In this document: positions 1 through 8,176 of the stretch, one piece after another
Numbering within the stretch: position 1 is the stretch's first letter
How the letters are laid out: the number at the start of each line of letters is the position of its first letter
DNA from: Arcobacteraceae bacterium
Lineage (GTDB): Bacteria > Campylobacterota > Campylobacteria > Campylobacterales > Arcobacteraceae
DNA: 64,000 nucleotides
Reading direction: 5' to 3'
Assembly: GCA_965224485.1 (NCBI GenBank)
Contig: CBDCZH010000015.1
Location: forward strand, 64,001 to 128,000
Notes under the pieces: generated by a model
Told to the model about the DNA's origin: nothing
Seen by the model: only the letters and a program-made list of their open reading frames with translations
Databases searched by the model: none
Made by a program: the position numbers and the translations under genes

Positions 1-1
1 A

Positions 2-214
2 GAGACTAAATTAGAGATTAAAACACCTTTAGTTAATTTAATGAAAAAAGATATTGTTTTAAAAGCAAAAGAGCTAAATGTTCCTTTAGAGCATACTTGG
101 TCTTGTTATCAAGAAGAACAAAACGCTTGTGGGGTATGTGATTCATGTAGATTACGATTAAATGGTTTTGCACTTGCAAAAATTAAAGATCCTATACAAT
201 ATAAGGTTTTATAA
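2..214 (+). CDS. queC: 7-cyano-7-deazaguanine synthase, 3' part (truncated by window edge)
   Basis: Manual translation [19 protein letters not shown]...[22 protein letters not shown]...* carries the QueC Zn motif SCY..CGxCxSC; its stop overlaps the queD ATG. Confidence 0.93.
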   Translation, partial: ETKLEIKTPLVNLMKKDIVLKAKELNVPLEHTWSCYQEEQNACGVCDSCRLRLNGFALAKIKDPIQYKVL

Positions 215-750
215 TGAAGTGGAATATCTCAAAAGAGTTTGATTTTTGTTATGGGCACAGAGTTTGGTCACAAGAACTAAATATTGAGTTTGCTCTTGAT
301 GATTGTTTAGTATGTAGACATTTACATGGCCACCAAGGCAAAGTAATAGTTCATTTAGAAGCAAATGAGTTAAAAGCTGGAATGGTAACTGATTTTAAGC
401 ATCTAAACTGGTTTAAAGCATTTTTAGACAAAACCTTAGATCATAAATTTATTATAGATATAAATGATCCTTTATTTGAAACTTTATTACCTCATTTTAA
501 AGATAAAAAGAATTTGATCTCGCATGATGAAGGTTTTTTACGACCTGATATGAATCATGTAAAAGATGAAGAAAGCCATATACAAGAGATGTATGAAGGT
601 TATATAATAGTGTCTTATGTTCCTACAAGTGAAAATATTTCAACTTGGTTACTTAAAATTGTACAAAAAAAGATGAAAAAACTTAATGTGAAAGTTTCAC
701 ATTTGGAGTTTTTAGAAACACCAAAGAGTAAGAGCACCGTATATGCTTGA
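214..750 (+). CDS. queD: 6-carboxy-5,6,7,8-tetrahydropterin synthase
   Basis: FxYGHR, CRHLHGH, GMVTDF, LDHKF, PTSEN and ETPKS motifs; between queC and queE. Confidence 0.93.
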   Translation: MKWNISKEFDFCYGHRVWSQELNIEFALDDCLVCRHLHGHQGKVIVHLEANELKAGMVTDFKHLNWFKAFLDKTLDHKFIIDINDPLFETLLPHFKDKKNLISHDEGFLRPDMNHVKDEESHIQEMYEGYIIVSYVPTSENISTWLLKIVQKKMKKLNVKVSHLEFLETPKSKSTVYA

Positions 751-1492
751 TCTTAGTGAAATTTTTGGTCCAAGCATTCAAGGTGAAGGAAAAAGAGTAG
801 GAAGAGCTTCGATTTTTATAAGATTTGCAAAATGCAATATGACTTGTTCAGGTTTTGAAGTGCAGTATATAAATAAAGAGGGCAAGAAAAAATATGGTTG
901 TGATACGTATTATGCTGTTGATAAAAGTTTTAAGAATAAATGGAAACAACTTAGCTCAAGTGATATTATAAAAGAAGTTTCAGCCCTTTGTAAAAATAGT
1001 ATTTTTGATATTATTATAACAGGAGGAGAACCCTTACTGCTTTGGAATAAAAAAGAGTTTCAAGAAATACTTTCATATTTTATTTTAAGAAATCATAAGA
1101 TTACTATTGAAACTAACGCTTCTTTAGATATAAATTTCACAAAAGAATATCAAAAAAGAATCATGTTTTCAATGAGTGTAAAACTTTCAAATTCTAAAGA
1201 ATCTTATAAAAAAAGAATAAATATTTTAAGTTTGCAAAATATTTTAAATAATACAAAAGAGTCTTATTTAAAATTTGTTATTGATAAAAATGAAACAGTG
1301 CAAGCAATAAAAGAGATTAAAGAACTTACAAAAAAAATTCCTAAAAGTGATATATATTTAATGCCAAAAGCAAAAAATCAAGAAGAATTAGCAAAAAACG
1401 ACAAAAGTATCATAGCTTTATGCATACTAAATAATTATATTTATTGTGATAGAACACATATTCGTATTTGGGATGATGAAAAAGGTGTTTAA
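743..1492 (+). CDS. queE: 7-carboxy-7-deazaguanine synthase (radical SAM)
   Basis: SIQGEG, FIRFAKCNMTC...GCDT, ITGGEPLL, IETN and R-x-H-I-x-I-W motifs. Confidence 0.92.
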   Translation: MLDLSEIFGPSIQGEGKRVGRASIFIRFAKCNMTCSGFEVQYINKEGKKKYGCDTYYAVDKSFKNKWKQLSSSDIIKEVSALCKNSIFDIIITGGEPLLLWNKKEFQEILSYFILRNHKITIETNASLDINFTKEYQKRIMFSMSVKLSNSKESYKKRINILSLQNILNNTKESYLKFVIDKNETVQAIKEIKELTKKIPKSDIYLMPKAKNQEELAKNDKSIIALCILNNYIYCDRTHIRIWDDEKGV

Positions 1493-1561
1493 AGAAAAGA
1501 AATAAGCCCTATTTAAGCCAATTATATCTACAATGTTTAGAATTAAAACATAAGGACATAA

Positions 1562-1921
1562 ATGGAAAACTTAGATAAGATTTTAGTACTTATAACTACT
1601 TTTCTTGCAGCTTTTTTAACATGGAAAATGGTTTTTGATTTTTATAAAACAAAACTACATAAGGTTTTTTCTCACTTAATAGCAGTTGTTACTGCTTCTT
1701 TTATGTTTATGTCATCAATGATTTTATTCGTACCTCAAAACTATCAAAGAGGGGTTACAGCAGAAATTGAATTTACTGCAATGTCTTTTGTTAGTGTTAT
1801 AGTTATGATTATAGTTATTTATATTTTATTTAAATATATTCCAAATAGAAACTATAAAAAACTTCAGGCAATGAAAAAAACAACTACTGCAAATACAGCT
1901 AAAGCTAAAAAAAGAAAATAA
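1562..1921 (+). CDS. hypothetical membrane protein (about 3 TM)
   Basis: AAGGA SD; three hydrophobic segments and a basic tail. Confidence 0.7.
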   Translation: MENLDKILVLITTFLAAFLTWKMVFDFYKTKLHKVFSHLIAVVTASFMFMSSMILFVPQNYQRGVTAEIEFTAMSFVSVIVMIIVIYILFKYIPNRNYKKLQAMKKTTTANTAKAKKRK

Positions 1922-2109
1922 TGTTTGTTTTATTTTCTAAAAATAAAATAGTTTTACTATATTTTATAATCATAATTAGCCTTGGGATTTTTCTAGAATA
2001 CAAGAATATTATAGAAACACAAAAGTTTGTTGGTTTTTGTATAATTTTCTCAATTTTGTATTTTGTAATTAGAACATTACTTGTAGGCAACTGTTCAAAA
2101 AAGAAATAA
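1921..2109 (+). CDS. small hypothetical membrane protein (2 TM)
   Basis: TAATG coupling to the upstream ORF; two hydrophobic stretches. Confidence 0.5.
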   Translation: MFVLFSKNKIVLLYFIIIISLGIFLEYKNIIETQKFVGFCIIFSILYFVIRTLLVGNCSKKK

Positions 2110-2140
2110 CAAATTCTTATAATTTTTTGACAAATATCAA

Positions 2141-2155
2141 TGATAATTAATATCA
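2141..2155. promoter_or_regulatory. Fur box upstream of ABC/NnrS operon
   Basis: TGATAATTAATATCA, 1 mismatch to TGATAATnATTATCA; TATAAT follows at 2163-2168. Confidence 0.75.
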
Positions 2156-2197
2156 CTTTCATTATAATTCAAATAAATTACTTATTTAGGATAAAAA

Positions 2198-3187
2198 ATG
2201 AAAAAAATATTTCTTATACTTTCTTTGAGTTTAGCCCTATTCTCAAATGAAAAGATTCAAAAACTAGATAAAATCATCTTAGCTGGTCCTTTTGCTTCAG
2301 TATCGCATCCTTTTTTTAGAATGATTCAAACAAATGCTTTAGGTGATATTGCAAAAAAAGTTGAATTTAAACTTTGGAAAAATCCAGATGAACTTAGAGC
2401 TCTAGTTCTAAATGGTGATGTTGACTTTATGGCAATTCCTACAAATGTAGCTGCAAACTTACACAATAAAAAACAAAAACTTAAACTTATAAATGTATCA
2501 GTTTGGGGTATATTAGGAATGATAAGTAGAGATCCTAGTTTAAAAACATTGGCTGATTTTAAAGGTAAAGAGATTGCTATTCCTTTTAGAGCAGATATGC
2601 CTGATATTGTTTTTGAACAAATATTAAGAAAAGAAGGATTAGATCCTAAAAAAGACTTCAAGTTAAGATATGTAGCAAGCCCTATTGATGCTATGCAGAT
2701 GTTAATTTTAAGACGAATTGATCATGCACTTTTAGCAGAACCTGCTATCTCAATTGCTTTGCGAAAAACAAAATCTTTTCCTATTAAACTTATTGCTCCT
2801 GATTTATATAGAAGTGTTGATTTACAAGAAGAGTGGGGAAGAGTTTTTAAAACACAAGCAAAATTACCACAAGCAGGTATTGTTGTTTTAGGAAAAACAA
2901 TTTCAAAAAAAGACATTATCAAAAGATTTCAAGAAGAGTATAAAAAATCTATTTCTTGGTATAAAAACAATCCTGTAAAAGCAGGAAAATTAGTTGCTAA
3001 AAACTTAAAAATGCTAAGTGCACCTGGTGTTGCTGATTCTATTGCTAATATAAATCTTGAATTTGTAAAAGCACAAGATGCTAAAGATGATTTAAAATCA
3101 TTTTATGAGATTTTAAAAGCAAGTAATGCAAAGACTATAGGGGGAAAACTTCCTAGTGAAGATTTTTATTATAATGAGCAAGAATAA
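2198..3187 (+). CDS. ABC transporter substrate-binding protein, NitT/TauT/SsuA-like
   Basis: Signal peptide; TLADFKGKEIAI and IDHALLAEP motifs typical of the SsuA/THI5-like fold. Confidence 0.85.
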   Translation: MKKIFLILSLSLALFSNEKIQKLDKIILAGPFASVSHPFFRMIQTNALGDIAKKVEFKLWKNPDELRALVLNGDVDFMAIPTNVAANLHNKKQKLKLINVSVWGILGMISRDPSLKTLADFKGKEIAIPFRADMPDIVFEQILRKEGLDPKKDFKLRYVASPIDAMQMLILRRIDHALLAEPAISIALRKTKSFPIKLIAPDLYRSVDLQEEWGRVFKTQAKLPQAGIVVLGKTISKKDIIKRFQEEYKKSISWYKNNPVKAGKLVAKNLKMLSAPGVADSIANINLEFVKAQDAKDDLKSFYEILKASNAKTIGGKLPSEDFYYNEQE

Positions 3188-3970
3188 ATGAATTTTTTAA
3201 TAAAACTATTAAAAGATTTTCCAAGATACTTATGGAGTGGTTGGAGTTCAATTGCTTCAATTTTATTATTTATTGCTTTATGGGATTTAGGAAATCAAAT
3301 TTATGGAGATTTGGTGCTTCCTAGTCCAAAAGAAACTTTTATCACACTTTTCACTATGTTACATGAAGATAGCGTCTGGCTTGATATTTATATTACTATT
3401 AAAAGAGCATTAATTGGTTTTTCAATCGCTTTAGTTTTAGGTTCAGTATTGGGTTTAATTTCTGGGCTTTTTGTAACTGCTTCTATGATGAGTAGACCAA
3501 TAGTTACTATTTTAGTAGGTATGCCTCCAATTGCATGGATAGTCTTAGCAATGATTTGGTTTGGCATGGGTAATGATACTGTTATTTTTACTGTTGTTGT
3601 AGCTTCTTTTCCTATAGTATTTGTAGGTGCCTTGCAAGGTACACGAACACTTGAGGGTGATTTAAAAGAGATGGCAGATAGTTTTAATCTTAGTTTTTCA
3701 ATGAAACTTTTTGATTTATATTTCCCACATATTTTTTCATATATCTTTCCTGCATGGATAAGTGCCTTAGGAATGAGTTGGAAAATTGTAGTTATGGCTG
3801 AGTTATTATCTGCAAATGATGGGATAGGAGCAGCCTTAGCAATTGCTAGGTCACAGTTAGATACCCCAACAGCTTTAGCTTTAGTTGTTATAATGATTGG
3901 TTCACTTTTATTAATTGAGTATTTATTACTTGAACCACTAAAAAGAGAAGTTGAATTATGGAGAAAATAA
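3188..3970 (+). CDS. ABC transporter permease, NitT/TauT family
   Basis: LPSP, PPIAW, EAA-like loop EMADSF, WKIVVMAELL. Confidence 0.9.
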   Translation: MNFLIKLLKDFPRYLWSGWSSIASILLFIALWDLGNQIYGDLVLPSPKETFITLFTMLHEDSVWLDIYITIKRALIGFSIALVLGSVLGLISGLFVTASMMSRPIVTILVGMPPIAWIVLAMIWFGMGNDTVIFTVVVASFPIVFVGALQGTRTLEGDLKEMADSFNLSFSMKLFDLYFPHIFSYIFPAWISALGMSWKIVVMAELLSANDGIGAALAIARSQLDTPTALALVVIMIGSLLLIEYLLLEPLKREVELWRK

Positions 3971-4761
3971 AAGAAGAAAATATGCCAGAAAAAAAAATAA
4001 AAGAAAATAGAAAAATTGAAGAGTTAATAGTTAATAATGTATCTCATAGTTTTGGTTTTACTGATATTTTAAAAGATATTTCTTTTTCTTTAAAAAAAGG
4101 AAAAGTATTATCAATAGTAGGACCAAGTGGAGGAGGGAAAACCACCTTACTTCACTTATGTGCACACTTACTTGATTTAGAAGAAGGAGAGATTAAAAAC
4201 TCTTTTACATCTTCTTCTTTTGCTTTTCAAGATGCTAGATTATTACCATGGAAAAATGTAATTGATAATATTGCTTTGGGTTTAAAAGCCAAAGGAGTTT
4301 CTAAAAAACAAAGAGAAAAAGAAGCTAGAAAAATAGCTTTAAGATTTGGTTTAGAAGAAGATGATTTTGATAAGTTTCCAAAAGATTTAAGTGGAGGAAT
4401 GAGTCAAAGAGTCTCTTTTGCACGAGCAATGGTTATTAAACCATCTTTATTATTTTTAGATGAACCTTTTTCTGCTTTAGATATAGGATTAAAAAAAGAG
4501 CTTAAAAATCTTCTAATTAAAACCATTAAAGAAGAGAACTTAACTGTTTTATTTATAACTCATGATTTAATGGAAGCTATAAAACTAAGTGATGAAATTT
4601 TACTCTTAAAAGCTGAACCAGTAGGACATGTTGTAAAAACATTTACTTATGATTTACCTCAAGAATTAAGAGATGATAAGTTTGTTTATGAGCAAACTGC
4701 AAAAATATTAAGTGATGAAACAATTATTCAAACATTTGAATTAGAACTAAAAGGTAAATAA
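3958..4761 (+). CDS. ABC transporter ATP-binding protein (alternative start 3982)
   Basis: Walker A GPSGGGKTT, FQDARLLPW, signature LSGGM, LDEPFSALD, H-loop ITHD. Confidence 0.92.
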   Translation: MEKIKEENMPEKKIKENRKIEELIVNNVSHSFGFTDILKDISFSLKKGKVLSIVGPSGGGKTTLLHLCAHLLDLEEGEIKNSFTSSSFAFQDARLLPWKNVIDNIALGLKAKGVSKKQREKEARKIALRFGLEEDDFDKFPKDLSGGMSQRVSFARAMVIKPSLLFLDEPFSALDIGLKKELKNLLIKTIKEENLTVLFITHDLMEAIKLSDEILLLKAEPVGHVVKTFTYDLPQELRDDKFVYEQTAKILSDETIIQTFELELKGK

Positions 4762-6005
4762 TGAGTGAGCAAAAAGAAAAAAAACAGTACGCAACAAGTC
4801 ATTATACACACTACCCAAAAGGTGAGTATCCTGCGGTATTAGCTTATGGTTTTAGACCTATATTTTTATTACTAGCACCATATATAATAATAAGTATAAT
4901 TTTATGGTCTTTAAGTTTCTCTGGTTATATTAATCTTAGTTTTATGAACGATCCTTTAACTTGGCATATGTATGAAATGATATTTGGAATTGGAAGTGCT
5001 GGAATAATTGCTTTTTTTCTAACAGGAGCACCTGAACTATTTCCAGGCACTATTCCTATCGTAGGACGTCATCTCATTTATATAACAGCACTTTGGGCCA
5101 TAGGAAGAATAAGTTTTTGGTTTATTGATTTTTTAGGTGTTTATTTTGTAGCCCTTACAAATATACCTTTAATTATTTGGATAACTCTTTTAGTAATCAA
5201 ACCAGTTGTGCTAGATCCTCAAAGAAAACACATCTCATTTGCTTATATGTTAGTTATTCTAATAAGTATTCAGATTTGGTTTTTCTTAGCTGCTGCATCA
5301 TTAGTAGAGACATCTACTATGGATATTCTAAAAATAGCCCTTGGAGCTTTTACAGTATTAGAACTTGTTGCTTTAAGAAGAGTAAATATGGAAGCTATTA
5401 ATGAGTTATTAGAAGATGAAGATATAGATGAAACATTTTACTCACGCTCACCTAGATATAACCTTGCTATTTTTTGTATTACTTTATATACAACTGTTGA
5501 GTTTTTCTATCCTACAAATGCTATTTTAGGATGGATTGCACTATCGTGTGCTGCTTCTGTTTTAAGTATTTTAAGTGATTTTGTTTTAAAAGATAATAAT
5601 ATTTTATTAAAACCTTTTGTTATGTACATGATGAGTATTTTGATTTTGATGAGCTTAGGATATGGTTTTATGGGATATGATTATTTAAATGATAATATTT
5701 ATGCTTTAAATCATTTTAGACATTTTTTAACAACAGGTGTTTTTGGTTTAGTCTTTTTTATGGTTATGGTAATAGTTTCAACTGTTCACACAGGAAGACA
5801 TATTTTTACTAATTATTTAACTTCAATTGGTGTTATTTTAATAATAATAGCAACCTTTATAAGAGCTTTTATTCCTTTTTATGAGCAGTATACTATGGAA
5901 GCTTATATAGTATCTTCTATTCTGTGGGTTATTCCTTTCATTATTTATATGAAGATATTTTTTCCATTCTTAATAAAAGCTAGAGCAGATGGTATTCCTG
6001 GATAA
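4761..6005 (+). CDS. nnrS: NnrS family membrane protein
   Basis: GFRPIFL, WHMYEMIFG, STVHTGR and C-terminal RADG motifs; multi-TM. Confidence 0.8.
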   Translation: MSEQKEKKQYATSHYTHYPKGEYPAVLAYGFRPIFLLLAPYIIISIILWSLSFSGYINLSFMNDPLTWHMYEMIFGIGSAGIIAFFLTGAPELFPGTIPIVGRHLIYITALWAIGRISFWFIDFLGVYFVALTNIPLIIWITLLVIKPVVLDPQRKHISFAYMLVILISIQIWFFLAAASLVETSTMDILKIALGAFTVLELVALRRVNMEAINELLEDEDIDETFYSRSPRYNLAIFCITLYTTVEFFYPTNAILGWIALSCAASVLSILSDFVLKDNNILLKPFVMYMMSILILMSLGYGFMGYDYLNDNIYALNHFRHFLTTGVFGLVFFMVMVIVSTVHTGRHIFTNYLTSIGVILIIIATFIRAFIPFYEQYTMEAYIVSSILWVIPFIIYMKIFFPFLIKARADGIPG

Positions 6006-6060
6006 AATATAAAAATTATTCTAGTTTTATTTTTAATTTAATTTTTATATTTATTCAGTA

Positions 6061-6075
6061 TGATATTGATACTCA
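6061..6075. promoter_or_regulatory. weak Fur-box-like site
   Basis: TGATATTGATACTCA, 3 mismatches; immediately upstream of the small-ORF SD. Confidence 0.4.
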
Positions 6076-6093
6076 TTATTATAAGGATTTAAA

Positions 6094-6189
6094 ATGGAAA
6101 TATTTTATTATATGCTAGGCGCAGTTCTTAGTTTAGGAAATGCAAGTATAGTATCAATTTATTATTTTGATAAAAATAAAAAAAGATAA
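6094..6189 (+). CDS. 31-aa single-TM small protein (not in ORF track)
   Basis: AAGGA SD at 6083; MEIFYYMLGAVLSLGNASIVSIYYFDKNKKR*; followed by a terminator. Confidence 0.6.
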   Translation: MEIFYYMLGAVLSLGNASIVSIYYFDKNKKR

Positions 6190-6212
6190 AAGACTTAAGT
6201 CTTTTATCTTTT
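6181..6212. terminator. intrinsic terminator (perfect 32-bp palindrome)
   Basis: AAAAGATAAAAGACTT/AAGTCTTTTATCTTTT. Confidence 0.75.
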
Positions 6213-6427
6213 AAAAACTCTTTTTTTAAGTAAAAAACACTATGTATGTTATAATATTATCTAAATTATTCTAATATATATAAGTAAATAATTCTATTTA
6301 TAAAAAGTTTAATTCTAGTAAAAGTCCATAAATACGACCTTGTTTTCAAATGAAAAATTAAATTTAAAATATAATTTTTTATTATAATCCACATTATCTT
6401 TCTTTAAGTTTATTTTCTATACTATTC

Positions 6428-6442
6428 TGATAACCATTATTA
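6428..6442. promoter_or_regulatory. Fur box upstream of small-ORF operon
   Basis: TGATAACCATTATTA, 2 mismatches. Confidence 0.6.
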
Positions 6443-6466
6443 CTATTATAATTAAAAGGAAATAAT

Positions 6467-6667
6467 ATGAGTCACATTTTATTAAAAAAACTGAACAATT
6501 TTGAAACATATAAAGTTGATTCAGCCAAACAAAGTATTTTAAACCTAAATAGTGTTCAAAGAGTTAATCTTGATGACTTCTTTGAAATATCTCATATACT
6601 TGATTCTACTTATATGAACTATAAAGTTGATAGTAATTTAAACATTATTGTTTTAGGTAAAAAATAA
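6467..6667 (+). CDS. 66-aa hypothetical protein
   Basis: AAAGGA SD; first ORF of a tightly packed run. Confidence 0.7.
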   Translation: MSHILLKKLNNFETYKVDSAKQSILNLNSVQRVNLDDFFEISHILDSTYMNYKVDSNLNIIVLGKK

Positions 6668-6668
6668 A

Positions 6669-6797
6669 ATGCAAAATAACTATCTTGATATGAAAGTCTT
6701 ACAAAATAGGTTTGATAAGTTAAAAAAAGAAGTACTAAATAAAGATAGTTTTAAAAAAAATAAAACTACTGTATTAAAAATAAAAGGAAATAAATGA
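6669..6797 (+). CDS. 42-aa basic hypothetical protein (not in ORF track)
   Basis: MQNNYLDMKVLQNRFDKLKKEVLNKDSFKKNKTTVLKIKGNK*; starts 1 nt after the upstream stop; AGGT SD-like. Confidence 0.5.
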   Translation: MQNNYLDMKVLQNRFDKLKKEVLNKDSFKKNKTTVLKIKGNK

Positions 6798-6934
6798 AGA
6801 AAAACGTAGACCTCTTAGGCATTAAAAATAATAAAGATGCAAAGATTCTAAAAATGATTAAGAATAAAACTAACACAAATTTAATATCAAGTATAAACAA
6901 TGAAGTTTATACTAGATGTAATTTTTCTTTTTAG
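6794..6934 (+). CDS. 46-aa hypothetical protein (not in ORF track)
   Basis: AAAGGA SD and ATGA overlap; MKKNVDLLGIKNNKDAKILKMIKNKTNTNLISSINNEVYTRCNFSF*. Confidence 0.55.
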   Translation: MKKNVDLLGIKNNKDAKILKMIKNKTNTNLISSINNEVYTRCNFSF

Positions 6935-6946
6935 CTTGTCAAACTA

Positions 6947-7177
6947 ATGGAAGAATATTTTTTAATTAACCGTTTTGAAGATGGTTATAGACACAGTGAA
7001 TTTATATACGAAGAAGTAGTTATAGAATACTGCACAGAGGCACTTCTGATTCCAGAAGAAAAGATTTTAAATGCTATTTATACAGCAGAAGGAATAGAAA
7101 TAGTTTTACATGATTTAGAGCTTGATGATGTAAAAGATGATTGGTATGTAAATCTTCAAAGATTAAATGCAGCATAA
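6947..7177 (+). CDS. 76-aa acidic hypothetical protein
   Basis: Glu/Asp-rich ORF directly followed by a terminator. Confidence 0.7.
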   Translation: MEEYFLINRFEDGYRHSEFIYEEVVIEYCTEALLIPEEKILNAIYTAEGIEIVLHDLELDDVKDDWYVNLQRLNAA

Positions 7178-7181
7178 GTAT

Positions 7182-7215
7182 AAGACTAGAATACCTAAGT
7201 GTTCTAGTCTTTCTT
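7182..7215 (+). terminator. intrinsic terminator
   Basis: AAGACTAGAATAC-CTAA-GTGTTCTAGTCTT then a T-rich tail. Confidence 0.7.
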
Positions 7216-7260
7216 AAAAATATCTATAAAAAATGAAGAAATTTACATAATTTATTATTG

Positions 7261-7294
7261 ATTAAGATAATTGTTATCACTATTAATATATAAT
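7261..7294 (+). promoter_or_regulatory. sigma70-type promoter containing a Fur box (7265-7279)
   Basis: TTAAG, AGATAATTGTTATCA, TATAAT at 7289-7294; 31/34 identical to 22561-22594. Confidence 0.75.
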
Positions 7295-7318
7295 CTTTTT
7301 TTAATTTAAAGGATTTAA

Positions 7319-7846
7319 ATGATTTCAGCTTTAGAAATATTAATGTACGAGGTGTCAAACACCTTTTTAACCCCGGTTTTACTTCTTATTATAGCCTTGT
7401 TTTTATACTCTATTTTTGAAACAGGTGTATTTGTTTCTCAATATTTCAAAAGAAAAAGAACTCTTAAAAACTATAATACTTTTGTTACCTCACAAGTAAA
7501 AAACAAAATATCTGGTTATCCAATACTTTCTTATGTAATAAAGAAAACTTTTTCTTCATGTGAAGACCTTGAAGTTCATGCACATAAAGTACTTCAAGTT
7601 TCATCAATAGTTACAAGAATTTCTCCAATGTTAGGATTAGTAGCAACAATGATACCAATGGGACCAGCTTTAAAAGCATTATCAAGTGGAAATATCCAAG
7701 GTATTAGTGATAACCTAATTGTTGCTTTTGCTGCTGTTATTTTCTCACTTATAACTGCTTCTATTACTTATTGGATTACAACTGTTAGACGTGGTTGGTA
7801 TGCACATGAAATTAAAGATATTTTAGAAATGAATAAAGAAAAATAA
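7319..7846 (+). CDS. MotA/TolQ/ExbB proton-channel family protein (HmuU-like)
   Basis: RISPMLGLVATMIPMGPALKAL...NLIVAF, characteristic of the CobN-associated ExbB subfamily. Confidence 0.88.
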   Translation: MISALEILMYEVSNTFLTPVLLLIIALFLYSIFETGVFVSQYFKRKRTLKNYNTFVTSQVKNKISGYPILSYVIKKTFSSCEDLEVHAHKVLQVSSIVTRISPMLGLVATMIPMGPALKALSSGNIQGISDNLIVAFAAVIFSLITASITYWITTVRRGWYAHEIKDILEMNKEK

Positions 7847-8151
7847 TGAAGATTTTACATGATGATGAATCATTAAATCCAATTTTATCAGCTGTTAATT
7901 TAATTGATGTATTTTTAGTGATTATTGCTGCTTTATTAATTACTCTTGCGCAAAATCCATTAAATCCATTTTCAAGTGAAGATGTTACAGTTATTAAAAA
8001 TCCTGGAAAGAAAAATATGGAAATTATTATCAAAAAAGGTAAAAAAATAACTAAGTATAAATCAGAAGGAAAAATTGGTCAAGGTCAAGGCGAAAAAGCT
8101 GGTGTTGCATATAAACTAAAAGATGGAAGTATGGTTTATATACCAGAATAA
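7846..8151 (+). CDS. DUF2149 domain protein (HmuV-like)
   Basis: NPILSAVNLIDVFLV, KNPGKKNMEII, GxGxKAGVAYKLKDGSMVYIPE. Confidence 0.88.
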   Translation: MKILHDDESLNPILSAVNLIDVFLVIIAALLITLAQNPLNPFSSEDVTVIKNPGKKNMEIIIKKGKKITKYKSEGKIGQGQGEKAGVAYKLKDGSMVYIPE

Positions 8152-8176
8152 GTAATAAAACTAAAGGTTGATTTTA

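Noticed and set aside
1..1492. queCDE as part of a dpd DNA-modification/defence island
   Set aside because: No dpdA/tgt-like or other dpd genes downstream; housekeeping queuosine synthesis is simpler (upstream context not visible)
6213..6427. Riboswitch (cobalamin or TPP) or ncRNA in this intergenic gap or upstream of 2198 and 7319
   Set aside because: Extremely AT-rich with no recognisable conserved riboswitch cores
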